A DNA stretch of 64,000 bases from Heterodontus francisci (GCF_036365525.1 NC_090376.1:104019924-104083923), one strand, 5' to 3'. Positions 25,458-38,297 are shown, counted from the first letter of the stretch. The notes: generated by a model from the sequence alone, not told the origin. Numbers and translations are program-made.

Positions 25458-25741
25458 ATGCCTCTGTTTATAAAGCCAAGTAACTCATACTTTTTATTTT
25501 AAACAGCCTTCTCAATTTGTCTTCTGACCTTCAAAGATTTGTGTATGTATACCCCCGGTCTCTCTGTTCCTGCACACAAAGTTGTACCATTTACCTTACA
25601 TTGCCTCTCCTCATTCTTCCTCTCAAAATGCATTACCTCACACTCCTCTGCATGAAATTTCACCTGTCACATGTCTGCCTAATTCACTAGTTTGCCTATG
25701 TCCTGCTGAAGTCTGTTAAAATTCTTCTCACTGTTTGAATG

Positions 25742-26112
25742 TGTCCACTGTGGCTCAGTTGATAGCACTATCACCTCTGAATCAGAAGATTGTGGATTTA
25801 AGTCCCCCTCATGATTTATGAATGCAAAAATCTAGTCTGACACTCTGGTGCAGTACTGGGGGAACACTGCATTGTCAAAGGTGCTGTCCTTTGGATGAGA
25901 TGTTACGTCATGTTCTGTCTGCTTCCTTAGGGTGTTGTAAAATATCCTGTAGCACAATTCAAAGAGGAGGACCAGAGTGACCCCTGGTGTCCTGGCCAAT
26001 ATTTATTCCCCAAACATCACAAAAATAGATTACCATGAGTACTACATTGGTTATAAAGCACCTTGATTGTCCTGAGCAGTGAAAGCCACTCTATAAATGC
26101 AACTTTCTTTCT
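25742..26112 (+). mobile_element. DeuSINE (SacSINE1-like) tRNA-derived SINE
   Basis: tRNA-like head gtggctcagttgatagc; Deu-domain-like cctggtgtcctggccaatattta; tail ctataaatgcaactttctttct. Confidence 0.75.
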
Positions 26113-26575
26113 TGAACACATTTCCAAGCATTGTGTTGTATGCAAACTTTGAAATAATGCCCTGAATAGCCACTATCCATCAAAAAGAGCAGTACTTACC
26201 CCTGGGGTACACTGCTATAAATTCCCTTCCAGTCTGAAAAGCATCCATTCACAACTACTCTATGCTTTGTGTCCCTTAGCCAATTTCATATCCATGCTGC
26301 CATTGCCCAATTAATACCATGGGCTTCAATTTTTCTTATAAGACTATTATGTAGTGCCTTATAAAAATGGCTTTTGAAAGTTCATATGCACATTAACCGT
26401 CTCTATTACTTCATTAAAGAACTCAAACAAGGGAGTCTAACATGATTTGCCTTTAACAAATCCATGGTGGTTGTCACTTATTCATCCATAGCTTTCCAAG
26501 TGACAATTTATTTATTGCCACTACAAGTTTCCCCACTATTGACATCGGGTGAACTGATCTATACTTGCTGACTTT

Positions 26576-27291
26576 GGGCTGGAGTTTGGATTGGAGGCAG
26601 GGCTCCTGGCATTGGGCCAGAAAGGCAGGGAAAACCATCTCTGCCTTTTCGTGCCACCCCAGAGCGACCCTCTGATCTTTTTAAATCTAAGTTTCAGGAG
26701 CTGGGATCCCCATCCATTTTAAGATGGGGATGCTGCCTCCAAGAGCTGTCGGCCAATCAGAGGGCCGGCAGCTCAGCAGTATTGGCAGCACCACTGGGAG
26801 AAGTGGCCACTGCCAGTACTGCAGAGGCCTTGGACCCAGGCCCAGTACTGCAACGCCAGACCTCAGGTAAGCGAGGCAGGGTTGCCGCGGCCAGTCTGGA
26901 AGGCTGCGGCGAGGCGGGTGGAGAGGTGTTTGTTCAGATCAGGGGGAGGGGAGTCCTGGGGTTAAACTGGTTCCCAGGGATCCTCCATGGGCCACAGATT
27001 GCCCTTAGAGGAGGGACCCCCCCACCAAGCCCGCAGGGAGGGGGCCTCATGTAACAAGTTGTTCTCCCTGCATGGCAGAGGCCCCACCCGCTGCTGGTAA
27101 GATCCCAGCAGTGGTGGGAAGAGGCCCTTAATTGCCCATTAATAGGCCACTTAAGGGCCTCAATTGGCCTCTGGGTGGTAACGCCATCACTGGCCTACCC
27201 CACCCGAGAAGACTGACTCTCTGCTCCCCACCACCCATCACGATATTCCACGCCTACGACCCCGCCTCAAGGCCCACATAAAATCCCGACC
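26576..27291. mobile_element. Harbinger-type MITE with internal palindromes
   Basis: TIRs gggctggagttt / aaaatcccgacc; TSD TTT. Confidence 0.75.
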
Positions 27292-27689
27292 TTTATCTCT
27301 CACCCCTTTTACTTAACATTTAAGTACTGCAAGGACCCCTTTAAATTTTAGCTGGTGAGAGGATTTTCCTTTCGGTTACTGACACGTTTCTGGGTGAGTC
27401 CAGCACATGGCAATTCAGTCACTGGGGCTTAATGAAAAGGTCCTAATTTAAATAGGTCCTTAGATAAATCTGACACAGTGGTGTAAATATGCATGTACTT
27501 CCTATCCATATTTAAGGTGTAAGCTATTAAATGGTCATGGCGCAGTTGAATTGCTAGGTCCCCAACTCTAAAATAACAGCACTCACACACCAGAACAAAG
27601 CAATACGAACTGTAAAATAACAGCATGGGAGGTGATAACCTTGACTTCATCCTGGTCCAGAGACCAATATCCTGCCTCTTGAATGACGC

Positions 27690-28290
27690 CAAAGAACTTA
27701 TTTTTGGTTTCATGAACGGCAGCTTAATGGCATTGACCTTAAGTCCAGAGGGTTCCAGTCGATACAAGCCCTGATTCAAACATCGCCAGTGCTCTTGCCA
27801 AGACTCGATATTTATTAGAATATCATTCATATATTGGATGACAGCCCTGTTACAGTGGAATCCTTGAGGGAGGACGTGTTCTTCAAAATTAAAGGCTAAT
27901 TTGTACTGTGCATCGGGGCAACAGACTCCAGAACCCATTCAAGGTATCGCTCAGTGAATACCAATGACACTAATAGAGCAGCTTGGCTAACAACTCTGGG
28001 TATGAGGCAACAAAAGGAGTTGCCTTTGGAGTACCTTTAATTCCCTGTAATCAACAGTCACTCACCAAAAGCCATTTCATTTGTGCATGGGCCACAAGGG
28101 GAGAGTTACTCTCTGACACACCATTCATTTTCCTGATCAGCCTCTTATGCTCTAAACGTGTTATTGTTGCTCACAAGCTATTCACACCTTTCTCTGAGAG
28201 GTATACAGTCTCTTTGGAAGGGGGTGGAATAGTCCCCTCAACCTGAAAACTCGTATCTATTTGCCCATATTCATGTTTGTGCCCGACAAA
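27690..28290 (-). pseudogene. Degraded reverse transcriptase fragment, spuma/Loki-like retroelement
   Basis: Across frameshifts: HKHEYG..SNSP/WP..TVDYREL..TPFVA..NGFWS..QYKLAFNF..LPQGFH..QYMNDILI..GLKVN. Confidence 0.65.
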
Positions 28291-28659
28291 GACTGTCTGA
28301 TGTCTTTGCCTCACCTGTCAGACCTCAGGGTCAGGGACAAAGACTCTAATTTTAAGTGAGGGACAGGAACAGAGCATGTAAGGATGGAAGAGGGTGGTGA
28401 ATTCACAACTTTGTGAGATGTAGATGCCTGGTCAATTTTAACAGCCAAACAATATTTCCATAATGCCGCAGGGTTTCCCAGCAAATTGATGCATCTATGG
28501 GTGTCCTGGCTGCTCAGATGGAATTTCCAGTTGCAGTCCTGCCACTACTTAATGTGTCAATACACCAGTTCAAGGGAGCCTGCATTCAAGTCAGGTCACA
28601 CATTAGAGGGATTATACCTCAAACGGATTGGTGGTAAACGTGTAGATGGCTGCAAAGAG

Positions 28660-28845
28660 GAAAGTTGGCCCTCAGATTCTGTGATGCCTCCCTGGTGAGG
28701 ATAATCACTTTAGTGAGGAGTAGTAAGAAAAAGAAAACATGGCAGCACAATGAAAAAGTTGTGGCTTGAAGTTACTCAGGAAGCCAGCAGCAGGAATGTG
28801 ATGCTGAGCACAGTGTAGAAAATGACCTGACCAGGTCAGAAAAGA
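28660..28845 (+). pseudogene. Harbinger Myb/SANT exon 1 remnant
   Basis: RFCDASLV...WLEVTQEASSRNV...NDLTRSEK, homologous to the exons at 14653-14880 and 21690-21896. Confidence 0.6.
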
Positions 28846-30699
28846 TCAGTACAGGTTCTTCTTTATCCATTTCTTGCAATGCAGCTCCTTTCACTCCTTT
28901 CTATCCTTCCAACACCATTCACACTCCTCACCCCGACATCACATTCCTCAGCACCAATCACAATGGTACACTGTAGCACCTCTCATCCTCACTCCTTATA
29001 CGTGCTCACCTCTCACTGCTGCCAGAAAAGACATCCTCATTTCATCTCTTCTAAATTGCTCACCCTGCATCTCACTCAGCAAACCTTCTCAATTCACACT
29101 GCAGACACTTACTGCAAATGGTGACATCACCACTCCCATAACATATTTACATAGAATTAAAAAAAGGCCATTCGACCCAACTAATCCAGTAGTGTTAATA
29201 CTCCACTCAAGTTTTCTCCTATTCTATCTATCTCATCTCAGCCTGTTAGAGTATCTCTCCATTCCCTTTTCTCTCAAGTACTCATGAGGTTTCTTTTAGA
29301 AAGCATCTATTGATATCAAGGCCTTTTTAAATTAGTATTCTGAGCAGCCCTGATACAATCTTGCCTGGGTTCCCCTAGCAATGATGCCAACTTCTCTGAA
29401 TCCCGTGAAGCAGTTTTTGATATCAGAGGGGTCTGGACTGCATCTTCGGACCCAGATTTGCATGTTACTCATGAGGTTCTTGCCACTGTAGCGGCAGCTT
29501 CACTGCCACAGCGTTGCTGTCATTTTGAAAACATGGCAGGGTTGCAGACTTTTTCTAATATTAACTCCTGGCCCAAACCTTTCCTACCTTTCATGGGGTG
29601 GAAGGTGGGGTGGGGTAGGGTAGAGATTAAAATAGAGGCCATTGACTCTCCCCAACTTAACTGCCGCCCAGTGAGAATGGTGTGTGGCATGGGTTAAAAC
29701 TTTAAAATTCTATCTCCTGGCTTTAACCCATCATCTTCCTGGCCATTTAAATTTTTAGGAGCCCAAATCAGGCCATTGTCAAGGCTCCTGAAAAAGGCAG
29801 TTAACATTCAAAAACTGGGAGGCATGATGTAGAACTAACTGAATGTCGGGGAGTTCTGTGCTGTCGGCTGCCCAGCAACAGACCCAAGGTAAGAATTAAA
29901 GATTTTCCCCTTTTAAAACTCTTTATGGGCCAAGATGAGCAGGAATTCCTGCCTGAGGAACCTCAAGGAGAACTTGGGCCTCCCCAGCCCTGGCCTTCCC
30001 CTCCTCCCCCCGCCATCTCACTGGAACATCCGATTCTTGATCTCATGCACAGCCCTCCTTCCACTGACCGACGAAAATCCTATGGATTCACAGCTGTGGC
30101 CTCCTGGCGCTAAATTCCTACTCCCACCTGCTGGCCAGGCAGTCAATCTGGCCAGATGTCAGGCTGAAGTTGGCAGTTATTTAAAGGAGAGTCTGCCGTT
30201 AAAAAGAAAAATCGGCAGGTTTGTTGCCTGCCAGCGGGCTCCCTTGCACCCTTCTCACCCTCCAGTGATATCAAGGTCAAATTTTCTACTCCCTTTTTCA
30301 CATATACTTTGTGAGACATTACTACGACCGTTGATCTCTCACTGCTTTAGGGTGCCCTACAAGACCAGATTGCACCACAGGAAAAAAGCCGATTGGTATC
30401 CAACTACATTTACCCACCTTGGTCCCATATCCGAGTATTCAAACTTGGCAAAAACCTACCTAAGTTTTGAAATTTTTGACTGACATAGCCTCAACAGCTT
30501 TTGGGAAAGAGCATTCCAGATTTCACTACCCTCTGTGTGAAGATGTGCTTCCTGACATCACTCTTACACAGCTTATCTCGAATTTTGAGTTCATTCGCTG
30601 TTGTTCTACATCAGAGTTGTCCAACATCAGGCCCGTGAGCCAGAATCCACCCCGCCAAAGGTTTCGATCCGGCCCACTGATCCTGTGTGACTGAGAGCG

Positions 30700-31371
30700 G
30701 GCTGCCCGTGGCTTTGGACTAACGGCAGGATCTCTGGGACTGGCCAACAGCTACTGGAGGAGGGGCATAGCTTGGCTTTGATGAACGGCTCTCCTTTTAA
30801 AGTGTACCTCAGATGGCGGGGGTAGGTGGGACATGCGCCTGATGGGCGACAGACACCTGTCGGTGATTGGTCACTGTCCGTGACTAATAGTGGGCTGCTT
30901 AAGCGCTGATTGATGGTTCGCGGCACAGGTGCACTGGGATCGGCCACTCCTGCTGTTTTCGGGCGGTTCAGGGAGTGAGCGAGTGAATGGGAGTGGCTGC
31001 TGCAGGGAAGAGGGAGAGGCAGGCTGAGAGGAGATCAGAAAGCGGGCCAGCACACAGCCAGAACCGTGCTGAGGGAGTACAGAGAGAGAGAGAGACAGGC
31101 AGTCTTTTAATCCATCACTGGCCTGTGAAGGTGGGTGGGAGAGAGACAGAGGGAAAGAGCCTGGGGACAGATATAAAGACAGAGATGTGGGGTGGGGGGG
31201 GGGGGGGGGGGGGAGAAAGAGAGACACACAGACACAGAGGGGAGAAAGGGGGGGAGAGATGGACACCGAGAGAGGGAGAGATGGACACAGAGAGAGGAGA
31301 AAAAGAAATCAAGATTACTCCTGACAGTTGGACATGCATCTGAATAATCCGCATCGCTACCTCAGGTATGT
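30700..31371 (+). promoter_or_regulatory. Possible host promoter and first exon
   Basis: No recognisable TE match; relatively CpG-rich. ATTGG (CCAAT) at ~30866 and GGGCGG at 30961, purine-rich leader, then ATG CAT CTG...CTC AG|GTATGT donor at 31365/31366. Confidence 0.35.
31078..31305. repeat. (GA)n, poly-G and purine-rich low-complexity tract
   Basis: agagagagag runs and a long G run at ~31194-31213. Confidence 0.8.
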
Positions 31372-32883
31372 GGCCAGACATTGTTTTTGCTTCTACAAAA
31401 GTAGTCAATGTCAGGTATCTCACTAAATCAGTGCTTAACATAGTGAAGAGAAGCTAAGTTAATAAATCAGTCTTCTCATTTAAAGCTTGTTCACAAAAAT
31501 ACACATTTTTTGTTGTTTTAATAGTAAGAAAAATTTACAAAGCCTTTATCTTTCCAAAATTGGCTCACCGACCCCCTACATAGGACATAAATTTCATTGT
31601 GGCCCCTCACGTGAAAAGTTTGGACCCCCCCCCGTTCACACTTCCCCCAACCCCAGAGGTAATAGTTTCACTCTATCTACCCTATCAAATCCTTTAATCC
31701 TCTGAAACACACCAATTAGTTCACCCCTTAATCTTCTGTACTCAGGGAATACAAGCCTATTTGATGCAATCTGTCCTCATAATTAACCCTTCCAGTCCTT
31801 GTATCATTCTGTGCAACACCCACTCCTAGGCTAATATATCCCTTCTGAGGGCAAGAGCCCAAAATGGAATGCAGATCTCCAGAAGCTGTCTAACCAGAGC
31901 TCTATACAACTGAAGTATACTTCCACCCATTTGTGTTTTTGCCACCTTTAACTGCGAAGGCCCTGTATCAAAATGCTGTCACTAGTCAACTCTGTTTTGG
32001 TTGCCCTTGATGTTGATCATATGGAGGCTCCACTATTTAATAACATTCTACAACAAACATACCCTATATGTGAATCCACTTGGAGCTGTTGCCATTCATC
32101 CAATTGAAAGCAGGCAACAAAATGGACAGTCAGGGGTCAGTGTTCTGATCACGTTCCATTCTCAGTTCCAATATTTGAAGCCAAGAGCTTTGGACTATGA
32201 TCCCAAGGGTCCACAAATGTGCTGAATTTCTGCCTTTATTTCTTCCATATGAATGCTCATTCTGTGATCCCATTTTGTTTTGCAGCCATTGCTTTGGCCC
32301 CTAGTCCAACAGTATCAGTCGTTATCATTTTTTTCTTAACCTAAAGATATTATGGGTGTAACAATGACTTTAGTGTGGCCCCTCAGCAACCTAATCCCTT
32401 CTACTTTAAAGGTCAATACCTCATTGACTGGCCTCTGTCCTGCCTCTCCAAATATGACCAGAACTCAACATATGCTTTCTTTATAAAGTCCCCTATAGTT
32501 CAGCTGTGAGACCAGACCCGGTAGAACTGATCTTCGACCTCTGGAAGTAAGCCCTCAAGAGGGTGATAGGCTATATGAGTTCTTTGAGGATCACTCTGAT
32601 CCATAGAATAAATGAGACATTTCTGCTCTTCAAAGTTACATGCTGATTCTTTGGGTATTTATCATAACTAAAATTCTAATCTATGAACATAGGAACAGGA
32701 ATAAGTCATTTAGCTCTATGAGCCTGTTCCACCATTCAATGAGATCATCTGCAATCTATCTCCATATACGCACCTTTGTCCCATAATACCTTTGGTTTAC
32801 AAAAACCTAAGATTTAAAATTTACAATTTATTTAGGATCAATTTCCATTTGTGGAAGAGAGTTCCAAACTTCTACCACACTTT

Positions 32884-33554
32884 GGTCGGGATTTTAGTTA
32901 GGCAATGGGGTCTTGGCCACTGGCTAAAGCGACAGCCCCGTGTCGACTCCTCTGGAGAAAGCCCACCAAATCAAATGGCAAATGGGCATGTAAAGTGGAC
33001 AGCAGCAGGCCTTCCCCGGGGACAAGGACCCTGGTGATAGAAATCCTGCCTACTGAGAGCTGTCAGCCAATCAGAGGCCTGCAGCTCTTTAACTAAGCAG
33101 TGCCGCCGTGGCTGCTGCCGCGGATGGACTCACCCCAAGGGACTGGAGCCAGGCCACAGGTATGTCTGGGAGGGGTTGAGGGGTGGGGGTCATAGGGGAG
33201 GGGTGTAGGGGCTCAGCAGCAAGGGGGTGGCTCCCAGTGGGGCCCCTCCTTCTCAATGCTGGGTCCCTCGTTCAGGCACTAGGTGCCTTTTAATGAGGGA
33301 GACCCACTGAGCTGGCATGCAACCCACACGCCACTGGGCTAATACTGGCTGTGGTGGGATAAAGCCCTTAATTGGGCATTAAGGGCCTCAAGTGGCAGTG
33401 GGCGCAGGAAGGCCATTTACAGGCCTTCCCACCCCAGACTTAGTTTGGGGGTGGGGGGGCAGGAAGATGGTGGGGTACGCCTCCGCCATCCCACCTAATT
33501 ATGTACTCTTCCTGCCTCCAAAGTTGCCGTGGGTGACAGCATACAATTCTCCCC
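32884..33554. mobile_element. Harbinger-type MITE inside a minus-strand CR1 3' end (~32685-33630)
   Basis: ggtcgggatttt / aattctcccc ends; same internal palindromes as 26576-27291. Confidence 0.7.
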
Positions 33555-34944
33555 ATTGTGTAAGGAAGTGTTTCCTAATTTCACACCTGAAAAGGTCAGG
33601 CTCCAATTTTTAGACTATGCCTCCAGGTCCTAATCTTGAGTTGAAAGTTAATCAAAGAATGGGTTCTTTATTATTAAGTAACAGGTTTACAAGAGAGCTC
33701 TATAACACATGTGTGATGAGATGACTACTCTAACTGAGCTATCATGTGATTGTTGGTGTCACTTCCTGTGATGACGTGTGATGTACTCAGACTGTTAAAG
33801 TGCTATTACAACAAATTATTCAACATGCCTACCATTAAGGGCACTGTATTGCCAGGTACACTAAGAAGGACTCATACTTTGAAACACAATTGTGTGTGTG
33901 CGTGCACATTTGTGTTCATGTTTGTATATGTGCGAGACTATTCGTGTAAGCTCCGTGGTTTTTCTTGAATCTATTTCAAACATTTATTGTAGGTGCTATA
34001 TATTTCATAGTACAGTAGAATTTTGCGTTGCATGTCTGATCTAATAAAGCTTAATATTTAATTCAGATATTTGAGTGTGCTCTCATTGCTTCTTACAATT
34101 CTCATGTCCGAACCATATAGTGACCTATCAATGGTGGAAGGTTACATCCTACAGAGTCCAGTTATCTTTGCAATAAATTTTCACTGCACCACTCCAAAGC
34201 CAATATATCCTTCCTAATCTGTGAAATAGATCCTTTCTCTGATTCTAAAACTCCCTGAATTGTCATTCGCTACCTGGCCGTTTCAAGATACCAGACAAAG
34301 CAACTAAGGATGCGTCCCCATGCACCTTTGTAAAAGACTTTTTCAATCATCCCAAGTCAAATTGTGCATATAGCCTTCTTCTCGACTCATGGATCAAAAT
34401 CCATTAATTGATTCAGATCTTCATTGTGAGCAAATGGACCTAATTTTTTCATGAAAAGAGACAGTTTATCTGTTTCTCAGGGCATGTGTGCCTTGTGGTG
34501 GTTTTCAGAACAGCACCAGCAACTACTTCAGTTAGTAGGGGGCTAGTAACAGTGATGGATCTGATTCACATAATAAAAAGGATATCTTGGCCATAGGAAG
34601 GATATACTGGCTTTGGAGTGGGTGCAGTAGAGATAAACTACAAAGACACCTGGACTCTGTCGGACGTAACCTTCTACTCTCCGATTCTACTAAATATAGG
34701 GATACAGTCAGCACTTCTGGCAGTAAAGGCAGATATAAAGATGAATCTGTGGCTCCATTTCCATATTAGTATTCTTGATGTGGAGGCTTTTGCAACTTGA
34801 CCCGAGTGGGGTTCAGGTATTATTGCTCACTGTCTCAGACATTGAACTGTCTGCAAGAAGCTCTGTGTTTTCTTGGTCAGCTCATCTGACTCAACATTTC
34901 AACCTGAAGCTCTATTTACTCTTTCTTCTGAGTTAATTGCATAA

Positions 34945-35230
34945 GCACTTTAATTTTAAAATTCTCAAGTTTAAATTCTTCCATGGCCTCCTTATCACTG
35001 TAACCTTCTCTAGCCCTAGAACCCTCTGAGAACTCTTCGTTCCTCCAAATCTAGCCTCCGTGCATCCCCCAATTCTTCCCTTCCACCATCACCAATTAGC
35101 CATCTAGGTCCTCGGCACTGGAGTTCTCCTCAAACTTCTTCACCTCTTCACTTCTCTCTACCTTTAACATGCTCCTTAAAATCTATATCTTTGAACAAGT
35201 ATTTGGTCACCTATCCTTGTTTGGCTCAGT
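34945..35230 (+). mobile_element. Probable L2-clade LINE 3' fragment
   Basis: ttttaaaattctc...ccatggcctc...cctttaacatgctccttaaaa...tttggtcac resembles L2 3' ends; degenerate. Confidence 0.45.
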
Positions 35231-35234
35231 TTAT

Positions 35235-36100
35235 ATCAATAAAATAAGGTGGTAAATGGAAGAGTAGGGCTGATCAGGGACCAAAAAGGGGAATTACACA
35301 TGAAGGCAGGTGGAATAGCAGAGGTGCTAAATGAATACTCTGCATCTGTATTTGTCAAGTAAGATAATGCTACCCAGACCACGGTGAAAGAGGAGGTAAT
35401 TAATACACGAGAAGGATTTAAAATTGATAAAGAAGAAGTATTAGATAGGCTGTCTGTACTTAAAGTGAATAAAGCACCAGGACCGGCTGATGTGCATCCA
35501 AGGATATCGAGGGAAGTGAGAGTGGAAATTGCAGAAGCATTGCCCATAATTTTTCAGTCTTCCTTAGACTCAGGGGTGGTGCCAGAGGATTGGAAATTTG
35601 CAAATGTTAAGCCCTTGTTCAAAAAAGGATGTAAAGATAAGCCCAGCAACTAACAAGGCAAGGGAATATACAATGGATGGTAGGACCATAGGAAGTACAG
35701 AGGGTCAGCGGGACCTTGGTGTACTTGTCCATAGGTCACTGAAGGCAGCAGCACGGGTAGATAAGGTGGTTCGGAAGGTATATGGGATACTTGCCTTTAT
35801 TAGCCGAGGCATAGAATATAAGAGCAGGGAGGTTATAATGGAGCTGTATAAAACGCTAGTTAGGCCACAGATGGAGTACTGTGTACAGTTCTGGGCACCA
35901 CACTATAGGAAGGATGTGATTGCACTGGAGGGGGTGCAGAGGAGATTCACCAGGATGTTGCCTGGGCTGGAGCATTTCAGCTATGAGGAGAGACTGGATA
36001 GGCTAGGGTTGTTTTCCCTAGAGTAGAGAAGGCTGAGGGAGGGACCTAATTGAGGTATACAAAATTATCAGGGGTATTGATAGGATAGATAGAAAGAAAC
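35235..36100 (+). mobile_element. CR1 ORF2 fragments (internally deleted or two abutting pieces)
   Basis: KAPGPADVHPR..VPEDWKFANVKPLFKKG, then a jump at ~35653 to QRDLGVLV..LVRPQMEYCVQFW. Confidence 0.85.
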
Positions 36101-36104
36101 TTTT

Positions 36105-36198
36105 TGAAAGGTCACAGACCTGAAACGTTAACTTAGCTTCTCTCTCCACAGATGCTGCCAGACCGGCTGAGTATTTCCAGCACTTTTTGTTTTTATTA
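36105..36198 (+). mobile_element. Penelope pLTR-derived short insert (partial hammerhead)
   Basis: aggtcacagacctgaaacgttaact...gatgctgccagacc...tttttatt, same family as 36556, 38298 and 52929. Confidence 0.75.
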
Positions 36199-36555
36199 TA
36201 CATATCTAAATACTTGCAAGTAAGATATCCCCATTAGGAGACAGCTATTAAGTAAACCAGGTACATTCTCAGTACAGAATTTCAAAAAATTACTGAAACC
36301 ACTGCATATTTATTCACCTTAAAGACAGCTTGGAAACATCAGAATACTTGATCTGAACCTATCAATTCTAAAATTATCATGTGATCCTTTTGCATCATAT
36401 GCTAATATACCAGCAGTTGGTAATATTATAAACATCGCACTCTTATCAGATTAACAACTGAAACCTAGACAGGTTGTCTCCAAACTAGCAGTAACTATTT
36501 ACATAAATCTTTGGATGTTTCCTAAATTGATGAAATAAACGTCCAGCTTACTTAG

Positions 36556-36751
36556 ATAAAAGCAAAATACTGTGGATGCTGGAAATCTGAAACAAAAACA
36601 AGAAATGCTGGAATCACTCAGCAGGTCTGGCAGCATCTGTGGAAAGAGAAGCAGAGTTAAGAAGGGTCACTGACCCGAAACGTTAACTCTGCTTCTCTTT
36701 CCACAGATGCTGCCAGACCTGCTGAGTGATTCCAGCATTTCTTGTTTTTGT
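36556..36751. mobile_element. Penelope-derived mini-element with a perfect 70-bp inverted repeat
   Basis: Arms 36591-36660 and 36683-36752 are exact reverse complements; 14-bp TSD tccagcttacttag (36542-36555, 36752-36765). Confidence 0.9.
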
Positions 36752-38297
36752 TCCAGCTTACTTAGCTTTGGTGTGCGGAATACTAATAACAATCTAAACC
36801 ATGCGTTAGCCTTTATCACACAGAATACATTCTCAGGATAAAAGTTATTAATGCTGACTTCTGTACTGTTAAGGTAGTTTTCCTGTTATGTTATACACTA
36901 TCCCAAAAATGTAACACCAACTCTAAAATTACAGAACTTATACAGCCAAACAGAACAACACTGATTCTGAAAAAAATGCACTCACACACATGAAAAGAGC
37001 AACACTGACTCCAACGTAATAGGAATGATAGGGAGAATCATAGAAACATGTAATGACAGCACAGGAGGCAGCCATTCAGCCCCTTGTCCCTATGCCACTT
37101 TTTTGACAGAGCTATCCAATTAGTCCCACTCTTCTGCCCTATCCTGAAAGCTCTGCAACATATCCTCTTCAAATTATCCAGCTATCCTTAAAAGTTATTA
37201 TTGAACCTACTTGCATCACCCTTTCAGACAATGCATTCCAGATCATAGCAATTTGTTACATTTGTTGTGTATTCAGGGTAAATCTACAGGAGGCCTTTAC
37301 TGGGAAAGCCATACTGAAACTTTATTTACACCTACCAACAGAGAGGGCAGAAGTAAGGCAGTATAACAGTCAGTCAGTTCAATACAGTACACTACACTCT
37401 TCTCATTTAAAAAAAATATATAAAAGTAAAATGGAACATAAACATAATGTCCCAGAATACAACAATACCCTGAAATTTAACAGGTTGGGTTGCCTGCTTT
37501 TTGTTATAATCACAACTAAAACATATATGACCAATATTTCTAGAGTAATTTGCATATTAAAAATATTTTTCCTTAAAACCAGTATGTCTGCAACACAAAT
37601 ATCACCATTGACAATAAGTAATGAAAAAAGCATCATACTTCTTCTTTCAATTTACCAATCTGGCTTCTTTCTCTTTCTGTCTGGGTATTTTCTTCAATTT
37701 TCATTTGTAATGAGAATATTTTTACATTGTCTGATGCAACATAAATGAGATGCTTGGAGTTGAGTTGATGGATGATCTTAAAACAGGTTTCTTAACAGAA
37801 AACAAGTATATACAGTACAGTACTATCTATTTACAAGACTTGCCTCTTGGTGTTACAGCAGCAGAATGAGACTGACATGTAATCACATGACCACATCCTG
37901 GTACTCAACTCATTAGCATACTAAGATCTTAAAGGGACATCACTCTTAAAGGCAATCATACAACAGTCCCCTTCTTTCCAAAGATAAGTCTCGTATGCTA
38001 AAAGTAAGAACATATAAAATTAGATAATATCAAAATTATTTACACATGGGTAGAAATTATGAACTTTACAAATATAGAGGCTTAGCAGTCCATATATCAT
38101 TTCAGTGGTTTGACAACTCTTCCAGATCTGGTTATGGTATAGCTTTCTGGGGATGTGGATTTCACCCTCGGTTGTCCTGTGTTTGCAAACATATAGTCAA
38201 TGCGTTGGCTGCTGACCTGTTGATCTGTCATACCCCCACCATCGAAGCATGCTTCCTCGAGCCCGCCATGTGCAATTGGAATACTGCACAACTCTCT

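Larger units (their letters stand above)
21200..27330 (-). mobile_element. Old CR1 remnant broken by Harbinger elements and a SINE
   Basis: Collinear minus-strand CR1 pieces at ~21200-21386, 24720-24791, 25458-25740, 26113-26575 and 27292-27330. Confidence 0.65.

Noticed and set aside
34481-34800. Possible second exon after the acceptor-like tttctcag
   Set aside because: Stop codons follow shortly in the frames examined, and part of it is a CR1 scrap (RKDILALE-like).
37403-37748. Overlapping hydrophobic ORFs resembling membrane proteins
   Set aside because: AT-rich composition explains them, and one runs into an LTR.
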